Assembly (NCBI GenBank): GCA_030141605.1
Contig: JAQGDQ010000216.1
Coordinates: 1-64,000 of the forward strand
DNA length: 64,000 nucleotides
Direction: 5' to 3'
Origin: Tubiluchus corallicola
Lineage: Eukaryota > Animalia > Priapulida
Positions 54,232-64,000 of the stretch are shown here, one piece after another (position 1 is the first letter of the stretch; each line of letters begins with the position of its first letter). Below the pieces are notes generated by a model. That model was given only the letters and a program-made list of their open reading frames with translations. It ran no database searches and was not told the DNA's origin. The translations under genes were made by a program, and so were the position numbers.

Positions 54232-55344
54232 TCAAAGAGATGTGTTTATTGCAATTCCCATACCGTCTGCCACTTGATCGAATCCTTGCGTAATAAGTTT
54301 ATCTCCTGGCTCTAACCCTGATATAAGTAATGTGCTGTTATTGCTTGAACGTCCTACCTCCACATATCTTTTTTTTGCGCTCCATTTTCCTCGTAGGCTT
54401 TGTGTGGCAACATAAAGATACTTGCCGGTGAAGTCACTTTTAACCAGTAGGGATGGGACCACAATTGCCTTTTTTTGATAAAAATCCCTTACATGCAATA
54501 TTGATACAAGGTTTGGCTTTATTGCCTCATCATAGTTGTTTAGGTTTATCCTTAAAAGGAAAGTCCTGTTGTCCTGGTTTATAGTGCTTGACTTGCGAAA
54601 AACAGGGGCATGTAGCTTTTTATCTATTGCCGGGAACTCCACTTCTACCGTATCTCCGGCATGTATTGCATTAAGGTAGGCCTCTGACACTTCTGCATAG
54701 ATCTTTACCGTCGATATGTTCACCACTTTAGCAAATGGAATCTGCGGGCCACCCATCTCTCCTTTTTTTTGGTATATCCTATCTATAACGCCGCTAATGG
54801 GAGAAGTAATAATTGCCATATCTAGCTGTGCCTTCAGTCCCTGTAGTTGCTGCTCCAAAGACTCTTTTGTCGATTTGGATTGCAGATACTCAATTTCAGA
54901 GCCAATATTTTGTTCCCAAAGAGTCTTCTGTCTTTCATATATGGTATTTGCCAATTCAACCTGCACCTCTATATCCTTGATACTTTGCTCCACTGTCTCT
55001 GTGTTAAGGTGCCCCAGTATAGTCCCTTTTTTTACATGATCCCCTTCAACAACATTTATTGAGATGATGTTACCCCCTGTTTCTGGAGATACAGTAATAT
55101 CTTCATCTGCTTCAACATTGCCAGTAACTTCAATCTTGCTGATAAATTCCTGATAAGCTACATCCTCAACATGTACCAGAATAGACTTTGTATCCTCTTC
55201 ACTCAGCTCTTCTTCCAGAGTCGATATTTTTTCCTTAAGGGCTGCCATTTGTTGGCGATATTCGGCAAGCTGCTGTTCTTTGGATTTCTCTTCTCCACAA
55301 GCTGCCAACATTAATAGTGTTGCAATGAATACAAGTTTTCTCAT
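54232..55344 (-). CDS. RND efflux periplasmic adaptor (MFP), lipoprotein
   Basis: Lipobox LAAC, V.EGD.VKKG, ITSPISGVI and GL.PGD. Confidence 0.92.
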   Translation of the reverse strand: MRKLVFIATLLMLAACGEEKSKEQQLAEYRQQMAALKEKISTLEEELSEEDTKSILVHVEDVAYQEFISKIEVTGNVEADEDITVSPETGGNIISINVVEGDHVKKGTILGHLNTETVEQSIKDIEVQVELANTIYERQKTLWEQNIGSEIEYLQSKSTKESLEQQLQGLKAQLDMAIITSPISGVIDRIYQKKGEMGGPQIPFAKVVNISTVKIYAEVSEAYLNAIHAGDTVEVEFPAIDKKLHAPVFRKSSTINQDNRTFLLRINLNNYDEAIKPNLVSILHVRDFYQKKAIVVPSLLVKSDFTGKYLYVATQSLRGKWSAKKRYVEVGRSSNNSTLLISGLEPGDKLITQGFDQVADGMGIAINTSL

Positions 55345-55430
55345 ATGTACAATTTATTTAATCATCGTGCTTTGGATTATTTAAAAGCACTTCATTATGA
55401 TTTTAACTGTTTACTATTTTTCCCCCACCA

Positions 55431-56768
55431 CTACAAGCTGCCCATAGCCTTATCCAGCTTCAGCTTAGCCTGAAGAAGCTGATGTACTGCTTGAATATAG
55501 GTCGCATGCGAATCCAGGTACTGCTGCTCATGTTGAGATAAGTCAATACTGGACGATATACCATTGTTGAACTTTATTAAGGTTTTATCATAAATGCTTT
55601 TTGCAAGAGCTGAGTTTTCCAGGTCATTTTCAAACCTGTCCAGGGCGCTCTCCAGGTCCAGAATAGATGTTAGGTATTCTTTTTGAAGGCTTTGGACATT
55701 CAAAAACTGCTCATTTTCCGTTATTTCAAGTTGCATCCTAGCCTGCTTAACCAGCGAGCTTCTCATTCCTGAACTGAAAATAGGTATATTCAGAGATATC
55801 CCCACCACAGAAGAAGGATACCACTCCTCCTTAAAAAGGTTTGCGTCATTTGAGTATGTTGAGTTTAAGTAATGGAGAAACGCGTTAACCTTTGGCAGAT
55901 AAGCTGTTTTTTCCAGTTTTAACTGTGACTTTTTTAGCGAAATCTGCGTATCAAGCAGCCTGTAATCAATATGGGTTATGTAATCAAATGAGTCAACATC
56001 TTCCTTGTCCGATATCGTTTGGGATAGAAATAGTTCCAGATTGTCCGAGAGGCTAATATCATTGTTTACATCAAAGCCTATTACATACTTAAGCACCATT
56101 TTGGCAACCTTTATTTCACGGTCTGCTTTTATGGCTTCACTTTTCGATCTCATTAGCATCAGTCTTATCTGGTCAACATCTTGCTCTTCTCTGAATCCGC
56201 TTTTGTATAAAGCTTCTGTCTCTTCTAAAAGTGTTGTCGTGGTTGCTAGGTTGCTTTCAATAATCTTTTTCGACTCTTCAGAGACAAGAACAGTGTGATA
56301 AGCACTGGTAACAGCCTCACGAATATCTACTTCAGTCTTTTCCTTCTGATTAGCTGCAAGTTTTAAGTAGATGTTTGCAGCTTGTAGCCCTACAAAATAA
56401 GAGCCATCAAAAATAAGCTGCGATACAGACAGTCCAAAGTCAGCATTGTAGTTCTGTCCAAACTGTACAGGAACGTATGTTCCTGGCTCTTCTCCAACCA
56501 TCTCTCCGGGGATGAGCGACACAGGGAGGTTAAGGTTTATATTATAGCTGGCCGAGCCGTCAATCTGAGGTAATCCCTTGGCAACTGTTTCCCACACCCT
56601 CTTTCTCGCTACTTCAACCTCAATACCGCTGTTTCTCGAAACATATGAGTGCTCCATAGCATAAGAGAGTGCCTCCTCCAAAGAGAATACCTTAGTACTA
56701 TCCTGAGAAAATACTAAACCCGGGATGAGCAACAATATTGCAAAAATTTTATACTTGACGCTACTCAT
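55431..56768 (-). CDS. TolC family outer-membrane efflux protein
   Basis: SLEEAL.YA, LPQI, YLPKV, LNIPIFS and terminal L..A.G.L; first gene of the efflux operon. Confidence 0.92.
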   Translation of the reverse strand: MSSVKYKIFAILLLIPGLVFSQDSTKVFSLEEALSYAMEHSYVSRNSGIEVEVARKRVWETVAKGLPQIDGSASYNINLNLPVSLIPGEMVGEEPGTYVPVQFGQNYNADFGLSVSQLIFDGSYFVGLQAANIYLKLAANQKEKTEVDIREAVTSAYHTVLVSEESKKIIESNLATTTTLLEETEALYKSGFREEQDVDQIRLMLMRSKSEAIKADREIKVAKMVLKYVIGFDVNNDISLSDNLELFLSQTISDKEDVDSFDYITHIDYRLLDTQISLKKSQLKLEKTAYLPKVNAFLHYLNSTYSNDANLFKEEWYPSSVVGISLNIPIFSSGMRSSLVKQARMQLEITENEQFLNVQSLQKEYLTSILDLESALDRFENDLENSALAKSIYDKTLIKFNNGISSSIDLSQHEQQYLDSHATYIQAVHQLLQAKLKLDKAMGSL

Positions 56769-56888
56769 TTTCTAAACTTATTTACAATCTATATTATAAT
56801 TTCAAGCTTGCCTTTCAAGTAGAGTAAGCTAATGCAGATAGCCTGATAAAATAGGCAAGTTCCGCCTGTCCACTCTAAACTAAAGCGA

Positions 56889-56896
56889 CAAAGTTA
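56889..56896 (-). promoter_or_regulatory. Putative -7 element of the tolC-MFP-RND operon
   Basis: TAACTTTG on the minus strand, 120 nt upstream of the tolC ATG. Confidence 0.55.
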
Positions 56897-56989
56897 AAAT
56901 ATAATACGGATTATGTGGGTTAAAATTGTGTTAATGCGCTCTTAAAATTTTTGATGCCTCCAATATACACCGATGCTGCCTGTTTTTTG

Positions 56990-56997
56990 TACCTTTG
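56990..56997 (+). promoter_or_regulatory. Putative -7 element of cysS
   Basis: TACCTTTG 22 nt upstream of the cysS ATG. Confidence 0.6.
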
Positions 56998-57019
56998 CCT
57001 GTTATAAATACGGTGAAAG

Positions 57020-58513
57020 ATGAGTAATAATAAGTTGATTATATATAATACACTTAATCGGAGGAAAGAGGTTTTTGAGCCCTTTAGCCCGGGACATGTT
57101 GGCATGTATGTATGCGGCCCTACAGTGTATGACGAGCCTCATTTGGGGCATGCCCGCCCTGCTATAACCTACGATCTTCTTTTCAGATACCTGAGACACC
57201 TGGGCTACAAAGTAAGGTATGTGCGTAATATTACAGACGTAGGGCATCTTGTTGAAGAGGAGGGAGATACCGGTGAAGATAAGATTGGGAGGAGAGCAAA
57301 GCTTGAGAGGCTGGAGCCAATGGAGATAGTACAAAAGTATACTAACAGCTATCGTTATCACATGCATGAGTTGAATGTACTTCCTCCCTGCATTGAGCCT
57401 GTAGCGACCGGGCATATCATAGAGCAGATAGAGATTATAAAAAAGATTATAGATGCAGGGTTTGCTTATGAGTCTAATGGCTCGGTATATTTCGATGTTA
57501 TAAAATATTCTAAACAGCACCACTATGGGAAGCTGTCCGGGAGGAAGCTCGAAGACATGATTTCCAATACCCGCCCCCTGTCAGGACAGGAGGAGAAGCG
57601 CTCAGTTGTTGATTTCGCACTTTGGAAGAGTGCCACGCCCGATCACTTGATGTATTGGCCATCGCCATGGGGGAGTGGTTTCCCGGGGTGGCATGTAGAG
57701 TGCACGGCAATGAGTGCTAAATATCTTGGAGAGAAGTTTGACATACATGGCGGAGGTATAGACCTTGTGTTTCCTCATCATGAGGCGGAGATGGCTCAGA
57801 GTATTGCGTGCACCGGCCATGAGCCTGTTCGCTATTGGATGCATAACAATATGATTACCATTAATGGGCAAAAGATGGGCAAATCGCTGGGCAATTTTAT
57901 TACACTGGGCGATTTTTTCAGAGGCACTCACTCTTTACTTGAGAGGGCATACAGCCCTATGACAATTAGATTTTTCATGTTACAGGCACACTACCGCAGC
58001 ACTCTTGATTTTTCTAATGAGGCTTTGCAGGCTGCAGAGAAGGGCTTTCGCAGATTGATGAGAAGTGTTGCACTCCTGGATACCATAGAAGCCTCTTCCA
58101 CGTCAGATACTGATATAGGAGCACTAGGAAGAGTGTGTTATGAGGCCATGAACGATGATTTGAATAGCCCGGTGCTAATAGCCTGCCTGTTTGATATTGC
58201 AAAAGTTATAAATAATCTACACAGCAAAAAAATCTCGGTCACTGAAAAGGATTTGCAGGCACTAAAGTCTCTATACCATAACTTTGTGTTTGATATATTG
58301 GGGTTATTGCCTGATGGAAAAACCGATGGTGAAGCAGATAATATGGCGCTGGATGGCGTTATTAAGCTGTTATTAAGCCTGCGCCAGGATGCCAAAGAGA
58401 AAAAGGATTGGGCACTGGCAGATAGTATTCGTGGTGGCTTGGAAAAGCTTGGGATAATGGTAAAAGATGTAAAAGGTGGCTTTGAGTGGGAATTTATTGA
58501 TGGCCGGGAATAG
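57020..58513 (+). CDS. cysS: Cysteine--tRNA ligase
   Basis: YVCGPTVY...HLGH, DFALWK, PGWHVEC, HGGG.DL.FPHHE and KMGKSLGN. Confidence 0.97.
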   Translation: MSNNKLIIYNTLNRRKEVFEPFSPGHVGMYVCGPTVYDEPHLGHARPAITYDLLFRYLRHLGYKVRYVRNITDVGHLVEEEGDTGEDKIGRRAKLERLEPMEIVQKYTNSYRYHMHELNVLPPCIEPVATGHIIEQIEIIKKIIDAGFAYESNGSVYFDVIKYSKQHHYGKLSGRKLEDMISNTRPLSGQEEKRSVVDFALWKSATPDHLMYWPSPWGSGFPGWHVECTAMSAKYLGEKFDIHGGGIDLVFPHHEAEMAQSIACTGHEPVRYWMHNNMITINGQKMGKSLGNFITLGDFFRGTHSLLERAYSPMTIRFFMLQAHYRSTLDFSNEALQAAEKGFRRLMRSVALLDTIEASSTSDTDIGALGRVCYEAMNDDLNSPVLIACLFDIAKVINNLHSKKISVTEKDLQALKSLYHNFVFDILGLLPDGKTDGEADNMALDGVIKLLLSLRQDAKEKKDWALADSIRGGLEKLGIMVKDVKGGFEWEFIDGRE

Positions 58514-58570
58514 GGGAGAAGGCTCTCTGCTCAATTCTGAGAATTTGTGGCTGCTGAAAATTAAAATTAC

Positions 58571-59707
58571 ATGAGGATTGCAATTATAGGACCATCATAT
58601 CCCTACAGAGGAGGCATTGCAGCTGGTAATGAGCGATTAGCATTACAGTTTCATAGGCAGGGACATACCGCAACTATATATACTTTTACTGTTCAGTATC
58701 CGGGGTTTTTATTCCCTGGTAAAAGCCAGTATTCAGAAGATCGTGAGGAGAACCAATTGAGGATAGTGAGATGTATTAACTCTGTAAACCCACTTAACTG
58801 GCTTTTAGTTGGAAATAGGATAAAGCGGCAGAGATACGACCTTGTTGTCATTAGGTATTGGCTACCTTTTATGGGACCATGCTTTGGAACAATATTAAGA
58901 AGAGTTAGGAGAAATGGCTACTCTAAGATAATATCAATTGTTGATAATATTGTCCCGCACGAGCCAAGGATCGGGGATACCCTGCTTACGAAGTATTTTG
59001 TAAAACCGGTTGATGGATTTATTGCTATGTCACAAGGTGTGTTGGATGGTATTGGTTGTTTTAGCCGGAATAAGCCCAGGCTTCTTTCTCCCCATCCGCT
59101 ATTTGATAATTTTGGGGATATATCTTCCAGGGAGGAAGCAATTGAAAAACTGGGAATGGATATTGATTGCAGATACATTCTCTTTTTTGGACTAATTCGG
59201 CATTATAAAGGGTTAGATTTATTAATTCGTGCTTTTGCGGACGAGCGCTTTAGAGGCAGAAGCATCAAGCTGATAGTTGCAGGGGAGTATTATGATGATA
59301 AGAGTAAATATGTTAGCTTGATCGAGGCGAATCAGCTGGAAAAGGATGTAATACAGGTAGACAAATTTATACCTAACTCCGAGGTTGCCCACTACTTTAA
59401 TGCTTGCGACCTGGTAGTGCAGCCTTATAGATCTGCAACACAGAGTGGCGTTACTCAAATTGCCTTCCATTTTAATAAGCCAATGATAGTTACAGGGGTG
59501 GGAGGGCTGAAAGAGATGTGCCCTGATGGTAAAGTTGGCTTTGTTGTTCCGGTCGATCCTAGCGCCATTGCTGATGCCATAATACGATTTTTCGATGAGT
59601 CCTGCCAAGCAGAGATGGCCAAAAACATAGTTGAAGAGAAAAACAAGTATAGCTGGGAGATACTGGTCGATAACATTTTTGCTTTGATTAATGATTTAGA
59701 TAAGTAA
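58571..59707 (+). CDS. GT4 family glycosyltransferase
   Basis: GP.YPYRGGIA, FFGLIRHYKG.D.L, PYRSATQSGV and VGGL.E. Confidence 0.9.
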   Translation: MRIAIIGPSYPYRGGIAAGNERLALQFHRQGHTATIYTFTVQYPGFLFPGKSQYSEDREENQLRIVRCINSVNPLNWLLVGNRIKRQRYDLVVIRYWLPFMGPCFGTILRRVRRNGYSKIISIVDNIVPHEPRIGDTLLTKYFVKPVDGFIAMSQGVLDGIGCFSRNKPRLLSPHPLFDNFGDISSREEAIEKLGMDIDCRYILFFGLIRHYKGLDLLIRAFADERFRGRSIKLIVAGEYYDDKSKYVSLIEANQLEKDVIQVDKFIPNSEVAHYFNACDLVVQPYRSATQSGVTQIAFHFNKPMIVTGVGGLKEMCPDGKVGFVVPVDPSAIADAIIRFFDESCQAEMAKNIVEEKNKYSWEILVDNIFALINDLDK

Positions 59708-59710
59708 GAT

Positions 59711-59850
59711 AAGTCCTTCGAAAGCTCATTTTTTGCTAATTATTGTTAAATATCAAAATACTCCTTAAGACCTTTACCTACATTATAAAGCTGTGGTTTT
59801 CACTAGATTTGTCTTCAGTCCGAGCCAGACTTATGCCTTGCAAATGCCTC
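59711..59850 (+). repeat. MITE-like element, copy J
   Basis: AAGTCCTTCGAAAGCTCATTTTTTGCTAAT...ATCAAAATACTC...GCCTTGCAAATGCCTC, collinear with copies A and G. Confidence 0.65.
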
Positions 59851-59915
59851 ATTGTATAAGAAAATTGATAATATGTATTCATGATTGTTATATTAATTTT
59901 ATACATTTGTGTGTA

Positions 59916-60368
59916 ATGGCAAAAAGTCTTTTACATAGAGTTGCTGCCGTATCAATGGCCTTGCTGGTATTCATGTCATCGACAGGTTTTTCTATAGGCC
60001 TGCACTATTGCCAGGACGAACTAAAAGGCATTAGTTTATTTGGCGAAGCCGGGATTTGCTGTGAGAAACAGGCTGTTACAGGTTGTCATCCCCGGGAGAA
60101 GCCCTGCTATTGCAAATCGGATAGTGCATCACAACCTGAGAAAGATAACTGTTGCCATAACGAGAGCATAGTTATAAGCAGCCTTGATACCGATGCGACA
60201 GCCCTTCAACATATTGTTCAGCAGGATATTAAGATAAGTTTCGTTTCTGCTTTTGTAGTTGCTTGTGTATTCAGCTGCCCTGTGCAATCTGACTGCCTAC
60301 ATCAGAGGTATAGGCTACCTCTACCTGACAGGGATATGCAAGTTCTTTTTCAGACTTTCCTGATTTGA
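59916..60368 (+). CDS. HYC_CC_PP family Cys/His-rich protein
   Basis: Hydrophobic N-terminus, LHYC, two CC pairs and Pro-rich C-terminus RLPLPDRDMQVLFQTFLI; start set at ATG 59916 with TACATTTG at 59902-59909. Confidence 0.8.
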   Translation: MAKSLLHRVAAVSMALLVFMSSTGFSIGLHYCQDELKGISLFGEAGICCEKQAVTGCHPREKPCYCKSDSASQPEKDNCCHNESIVISSLDTDATALQHIVQQDIKISFVSAFVVACVFSCPVQSDCLHQRYRLPLPDRDMQVLFQTFLI

Positions 60369-60445
60369 TATTTTAGTTGATACTTCAAACGAGTTGTTTG
60401 AGCTAATTTTTATTTCACGAATTTTAAGAATTAAGCTAATCAATA

Positions 60446-63400
60446 ATGTTAAATCGTATAATCAAGTTTTTTATAGAGAATAGACCCGTTGCCTGGTTGC
60501 TTCTGTTTTTGTTTGTTGCTTGGGGTATTGTTACCTCACCCATTGACTTTGGGATAGATATTTTACCAAGAGATCCGGTGGCAGTTGATGCGATACCAGA
60601 TATTGGAGAAAATCAGCAGATTGTTTTCACCAAATGGATGGGCCGTTCTCCACAGGATGTGGAAGATCAGATCACCTACCCACTGACTACCTCTTTGCTT
60701 GGTATACCGGGTGTGAAAAGCATCAGGAGCAATTCAATGTTCGGCTTTTCAAGTATCTATATTATTTTTAATGAGAAGACAGAGTTCTATTGGAGCCGAA
60801 GTCGTATTCTTGAAAAGCTCAACTCGCTACCTGCCAACCTCCTTCCCGATGATGTTCAGCCCACACTGGGCCCTGATGCTACCGCTTTGGGGCAAATATT
60901 CTGGTACACCTTGGAGGGCAGGGATAAAGAGGGAAACACCACAGGAGGCTGGGATCTACACGAACTCCGGTCTATACAGGACTTCTATGTGCGCTTTGGA
61001 CTTTCTTCTGCCTCGGGCGTATCAGAGGTGGCTTCTATTGGCGGCTTTGTGCGAGAGTATCAGGTAGATGTCAACCCCGATAAGATGCGTATTTATGGTG
61101 TCTCCCTTAGTCAGGTGATGAAGGCCATAAAAGAGAGTAACCTTGATATAGGTGCCCAGACACTGGAGATCAATATGGCAGAGTACTTTGTTCGTGGGTT
61201 GGGTTATGTCAAGTCTGTTGAAGATATAGAGAAGGCTGTTGTGGTTGCAAAGGATAATGTCCCCATTCGCATAGGGGATATAGCTGTTGTCAGTACCGGG
61301 CCGGCTACCAGGAGGGGGGCTTTGGACAAGTCCGGTGCCGAGGCGGTTGGTGGTGTGGTAGTGGCAAGATATGGGTCTAACCCACTGGAAGTGATTAATA
61401 ATGTGAAAGATAAAATTGCAGAGATAGCTTCTGGATTGCCTACTAAAACCTTAGCTGACGGGACCGTTTCGCAGGTTACTATTGTCCCGTTTTATGACCG
61501 TACCGAGTTGATCAACGAGACTCTTGGCACGCTTGAGGAGACCCTCTCTCTGGAGATACTCATAACAGTTATTGTAGTCATACTGATGCTGTTTAATCTT
61601 CGTTCCTCCCTTCTGGTGGCCGGCTCGCTCCCAGTAGCTGTGTTAATGTGCTTTGTCGCTATGCGTTATTTTGGAGTTGATGCTAACATTGTGGCTCTTT
61701 CGGGTATTGCCATTGCTGTCGGTACGATGGTAGATATGGGAATAGTGCTCGCTGAAAGCATGGTGACCCACATGAGAAAAGCGCCGCCGGGTCAGCCACT
61801 TTCCACCACAATTTATAACGCTTCCACTGAAGTAGCCTCCGCAGTGGTTACAGCAGTGGCTACGACAGTGATCAGCTTCTTGCCAGTGTTTACAATGGTT
61901 GCTGCAGAAGGCAAACTGTTCAGGCCTCTGGCCTTTACCAAAACCTTTGCTCTGATAGCTTCTATTGTAGTAGCTGTAGCAATAGTTCCCCCCATTGCCA
62001 CACAGCTTTTTGGCCTCAGGGCAAGATCCCGGTGGACATCCTTTTGGTATAATATTTTACTTTTTGTTTTAAGCGTTGTGCTTCTTTTTTCTGCCTATCC
62101 GTATATAGGAGTTATTGGCTTGCTAATGAGTGTTACTGCATTGATAAGCTATTTTTTAAAATCTTATCGGTCTGGCAGGTTCGCGCCATATTTTGAAGTA
62201 GCCAGAAATATCGCTTACGCTACTGTTATATCCTGGTTATTGGCAAAAGTATGGATGCCGTTGGGAGTGGCTAAAAGTGTAACTGCCAACTTTATTTTTA
62301 TGGCTCTTATTATTGCTGTTTTGACTAGTAGCTTTTATGTAGTAATTCATTTTTACGAAAGGATATTACGTTTTCTGCTTAGGGTAAAGCTTATATTTCT
62401 CTTTCTTGTCGGAAGCATTATTTATTTTGGTATTCAAATCGCAAAGAATACAGGGCAGGAGTTTATGCCTGCCTTAGATGAAGGTTCATTTTTGTTAATG
62501 CCCACATCAATGCCACATTCCGGTATGGAAATGAATGTGGCCAACCTTCGTGCTCTGGATATGGCTGTAACGGCAATACCGGAAGTGGAGACCGTAGTAG
62601 GCAAGGCGGGTCGGGTAGAGAGCGCCCTGGATCCTGCTCCAATGTCTATGTATGAAAATGTAATTCTATATAAAACCGAGTACGCTACAGATAAGGAGGG
62701 GCACAGGACACGTTTCAAAAAAGATAAGGAAGGCAGGTATTTGCTGGCAAATGGTGGCTCAGTAGAGCATAAGGATGCGTTAATACAAGGATTGGATCCA
62801 ACGGATTTGGTGCCTGATGCAAATGGCTACTACTTTCGCCAGTGGCGGGACCATATTCAATCCCCCGATGATATCTGGAGTGAGATTGTAAAAGCTACCA
62901 CACTGCCTGGCGTTACTTCTGCCCCGAAGCTACAGCCTATAGAAACCCGTTTGGTAATGCTTCAGACAGGAATGCGGGCACCTATGGGTATCAAGGTAAA
63001 GGGACCTGATTTGAAGACTATTGAGGCTTTTGGGTTGGAGTTGGAGAGACACTTAAAAGAGGTGGAAGGCGTAAAGGCTCCGGCTGTATTTGCAGAGCGG
63101 ATTGTGGGTAAGCCTTACATGCTTTTTGATATTGATAGGGACAAGGTTAGTCGTTACGGCTTGTCTGTAGTAGATGTTCAAAAGCAGCTGCAAGCAGCTG
63201 TTGGCGGTATGGTGATGACCTCCACCGTAGAGGGGAGGGAGCGGTATGATATTCGTATTCGCTATCCCAGAGAGTTAAGGGGCGACCCGGACAAGCTGAA
63301 AGGCATATATGTGTCTACGCCTGTGGGAAGTCAGATACCTTTGGGCGATCTAGCAGAGATAAAATATGAACAGGGTCCCCAGGCCATAAAGAGTGAGGAT

Positions 63401-64000
63401 GGCTTTTTAGTCGGTTATGTATTATTTGACAAAGAGTCTGGCTTTGCTGAAACCCAGGTAGTTAATAATGCCATAGGGTATCTGCAGACCAAAATAGCCG
63501 ATGGTGGGCTGGTATTACCAGCCGGTGTCAATTACAGATTTGCCGGAAATTATGAACAGCAGGTACGGGCCAACAAGCGACTATCTATTGTTATACCGGT
63601 AGCCCTTATTCTTATTTTTCTGATTCTTTATTTCCAGTTCAATTCGGTTACCACCTCTCTGATGGTATTTTCAGGCGTTTTTGTGGCCTTCTCAGGCGGT
63701 TTTATTATGATATGGTTGTATGGCCAGCCCTGGTTTATGAATTTTGAGTTTTTTGGTGCCAATATGCGAGACCTTTTTCAAATGAAACCCATTAATCTCA
63801 GTGTAGCTGTATGGGTTGGTTTCTTAGCCCTATCCGGAATTGCAACGGATGACGGGGTGCTGGTAGCTACATTCCTTAAAGGCAGTTTTAAAAGAAATAC
63901 ACCGTCTACAGTCAGTCATATTAGGGATGCAGTGGTCGAAGGTGGACTGCGTAGGGTAAAACCTGCTATGATGACTACTGCAACAACTATATTGGCCCTG
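60446..64000 (+). CDS. cusA: CusA/CzcA family heavy-metal efflux RND permease (3-prime truncated by window edge)
   Basis: Missing from the ORF track because there is no stop in the window. Reads MLNRIIKFFIEN...VDAIPDIGENQQIVFT.WMGRSPQDVEDQITYPLT, and the last codons PAMMTTATTILAL are in the same frame. Confidence 0.9.
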   Translation, partial: MLNRIIKFFIENRPVAWLLLFLFVAWGIVTSPIDFGIDILPRDPVAVDAIPDIGENQQIVFTKWMGRSPQDVEDQITYPLTTSLLGIPGVKSIRSNSMFGFSSIYIIFNEKTEFYWSRSRILEKLNSLPANLLPDDVQPTLGPDATALGQIFWYTLEGRDKEGNTTGGWDLHELRSIQDFYVRFGLSSASGVSEVASIGGFVREYQVDVNPDKMRIYGVSLSQVMKAIKESNLDIGAQTLEINMAEYFVRGLGYVKSVEDIEKAVVVAKDNVPIRIGDIAVVSTGPATRRGALDKSGAEAVGGVVVARYGSNPLEVINNVKDKIAEIASGLPTKTLADGTVSQVTIVPFYDRTELINETLGTLEETLSLEILITVIVVILMLFNLRSSLLVAGSLPVAVLMCFVAMRYFGVDANIVALSGIAIAVGTMVDMGIVLAESMVTHMRKAPPGQPLSTTIYNASTEVASAVVTAVATTVISFLPVFTMVAAEGKLFRPLAFTKTFALIASIVVAVAIVPPIATQLFGLRARSRWTSFWYNILLFVLSVVLLFSAYPYIGVIGLLMSVTALISYFLKSYRSGRFAPYFEVARNIAYATVISWLLAKVWMPLGVAKSVTANFIFMALIIAVLTSSFYVVIHFYERILRFLLRVKLIFLFLVGSIIYFGIQIAKNTGQEFMPALDEGSFLLMPTSMPHSGMEMNVANLRALDMAVTAIPEVETVVGKAGRVESALDPAPMSMYENVILYKTEYATDKEGHRTRFKKDKEGRYLLANGGSVEHKDALIQGLDPTDLVPDANGYYFRQWRDHIQSPDDIWSEIVKATTLPGVTSAPKLQPIETRLVMLQTGMRAPMGIKVKGPDLKTIEAFGLELERHLKEVEGVKAPAVFAERIVGKPYMLFDIDRDKVSRYGLSVVDVQKQLQAAVGGMVMTSTVEGRERYDIRIRYPRELRGDPDKLKGIYVSTPVGSQIPLGDLAEIKYEQGPQAIKSEDGFLVGYVLFDKESGFAETQVVNNAIGYLQTKIADGGLVLPAGVNYRFAGNYEQQVRANKRLSIVIPVALILIFLILYFQFNSVTTSLMVFSGVFVAFSGGFIMIWLYGQPWFMNFEFFGANMRDLFQMKPINLSVAVWVGFLALSGIATDDGVLVATFLKGSFKRNTPSTVSHIRDAVVEGGLRRVKPAMMTTATTILAL

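Noticed and set aside
203-62718. Many short antisense or alternative-frame ORFs in the track (e.g. 7074-7595, 11679-12311, 52502-53101, 57002-57523)
   Set aside because: They overlap well-supported genes, have no motifs and look like shadow ORFs.
1-64000. CRISPR array, prophage, rRNA or defence island
   Set aside because: No regularly spaced repeats, phage genes, rRNA-like sequence or recognisable defence genes were seen.

Overview
Chromosomal window from a Bacteroidota bacterium, probably Bacteroidales/Marinilabiliales-like (TAnnTTTG -7 promoters, T9SS PorP/SprF, DUF4290-murA, tRNA-Glu-rpsT). Most of it is housekeeping or metabolic: murA, secA-lgt, a nine-gene ilvD-ilvB-ilvN-ilvC-leuA-leuC-leuD-cimA-leuB operon, rarA, galK with a sodium/sugar symporter, frr, two DUF1080 proteins, galM, a tolC-MFP-RND efflux operon, cysS, and a HYC_CC_PP gene followed by a CusA-type pump that runs off the right edge. 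The unexplained signal is non-coding. (1) An unannotated Leu/Ile-rich leader peptide with a terminator/antiterminator sits in front of the ilv-leu operon. (2) About ten diverged copies of a 55-140 bp MITE-like element with GAGRCCTTTGCAAA-type ends are scattered through intergenic gaps. (3) A 350-510 bp non-coding repeat is present twice in inverted orientation: one copy carries a large palindromic module, the other is flanked by an IS4 and interrupted by a decayed IS1634 with a 23-bp direct repeat. (4) Candidate structured leaders lie before the T9SS cargo gene, the tolC operon and cusA. No CRISPR array, rRNA or prophage was seen. All alignments and folds were done by eye and need computational confirmation.
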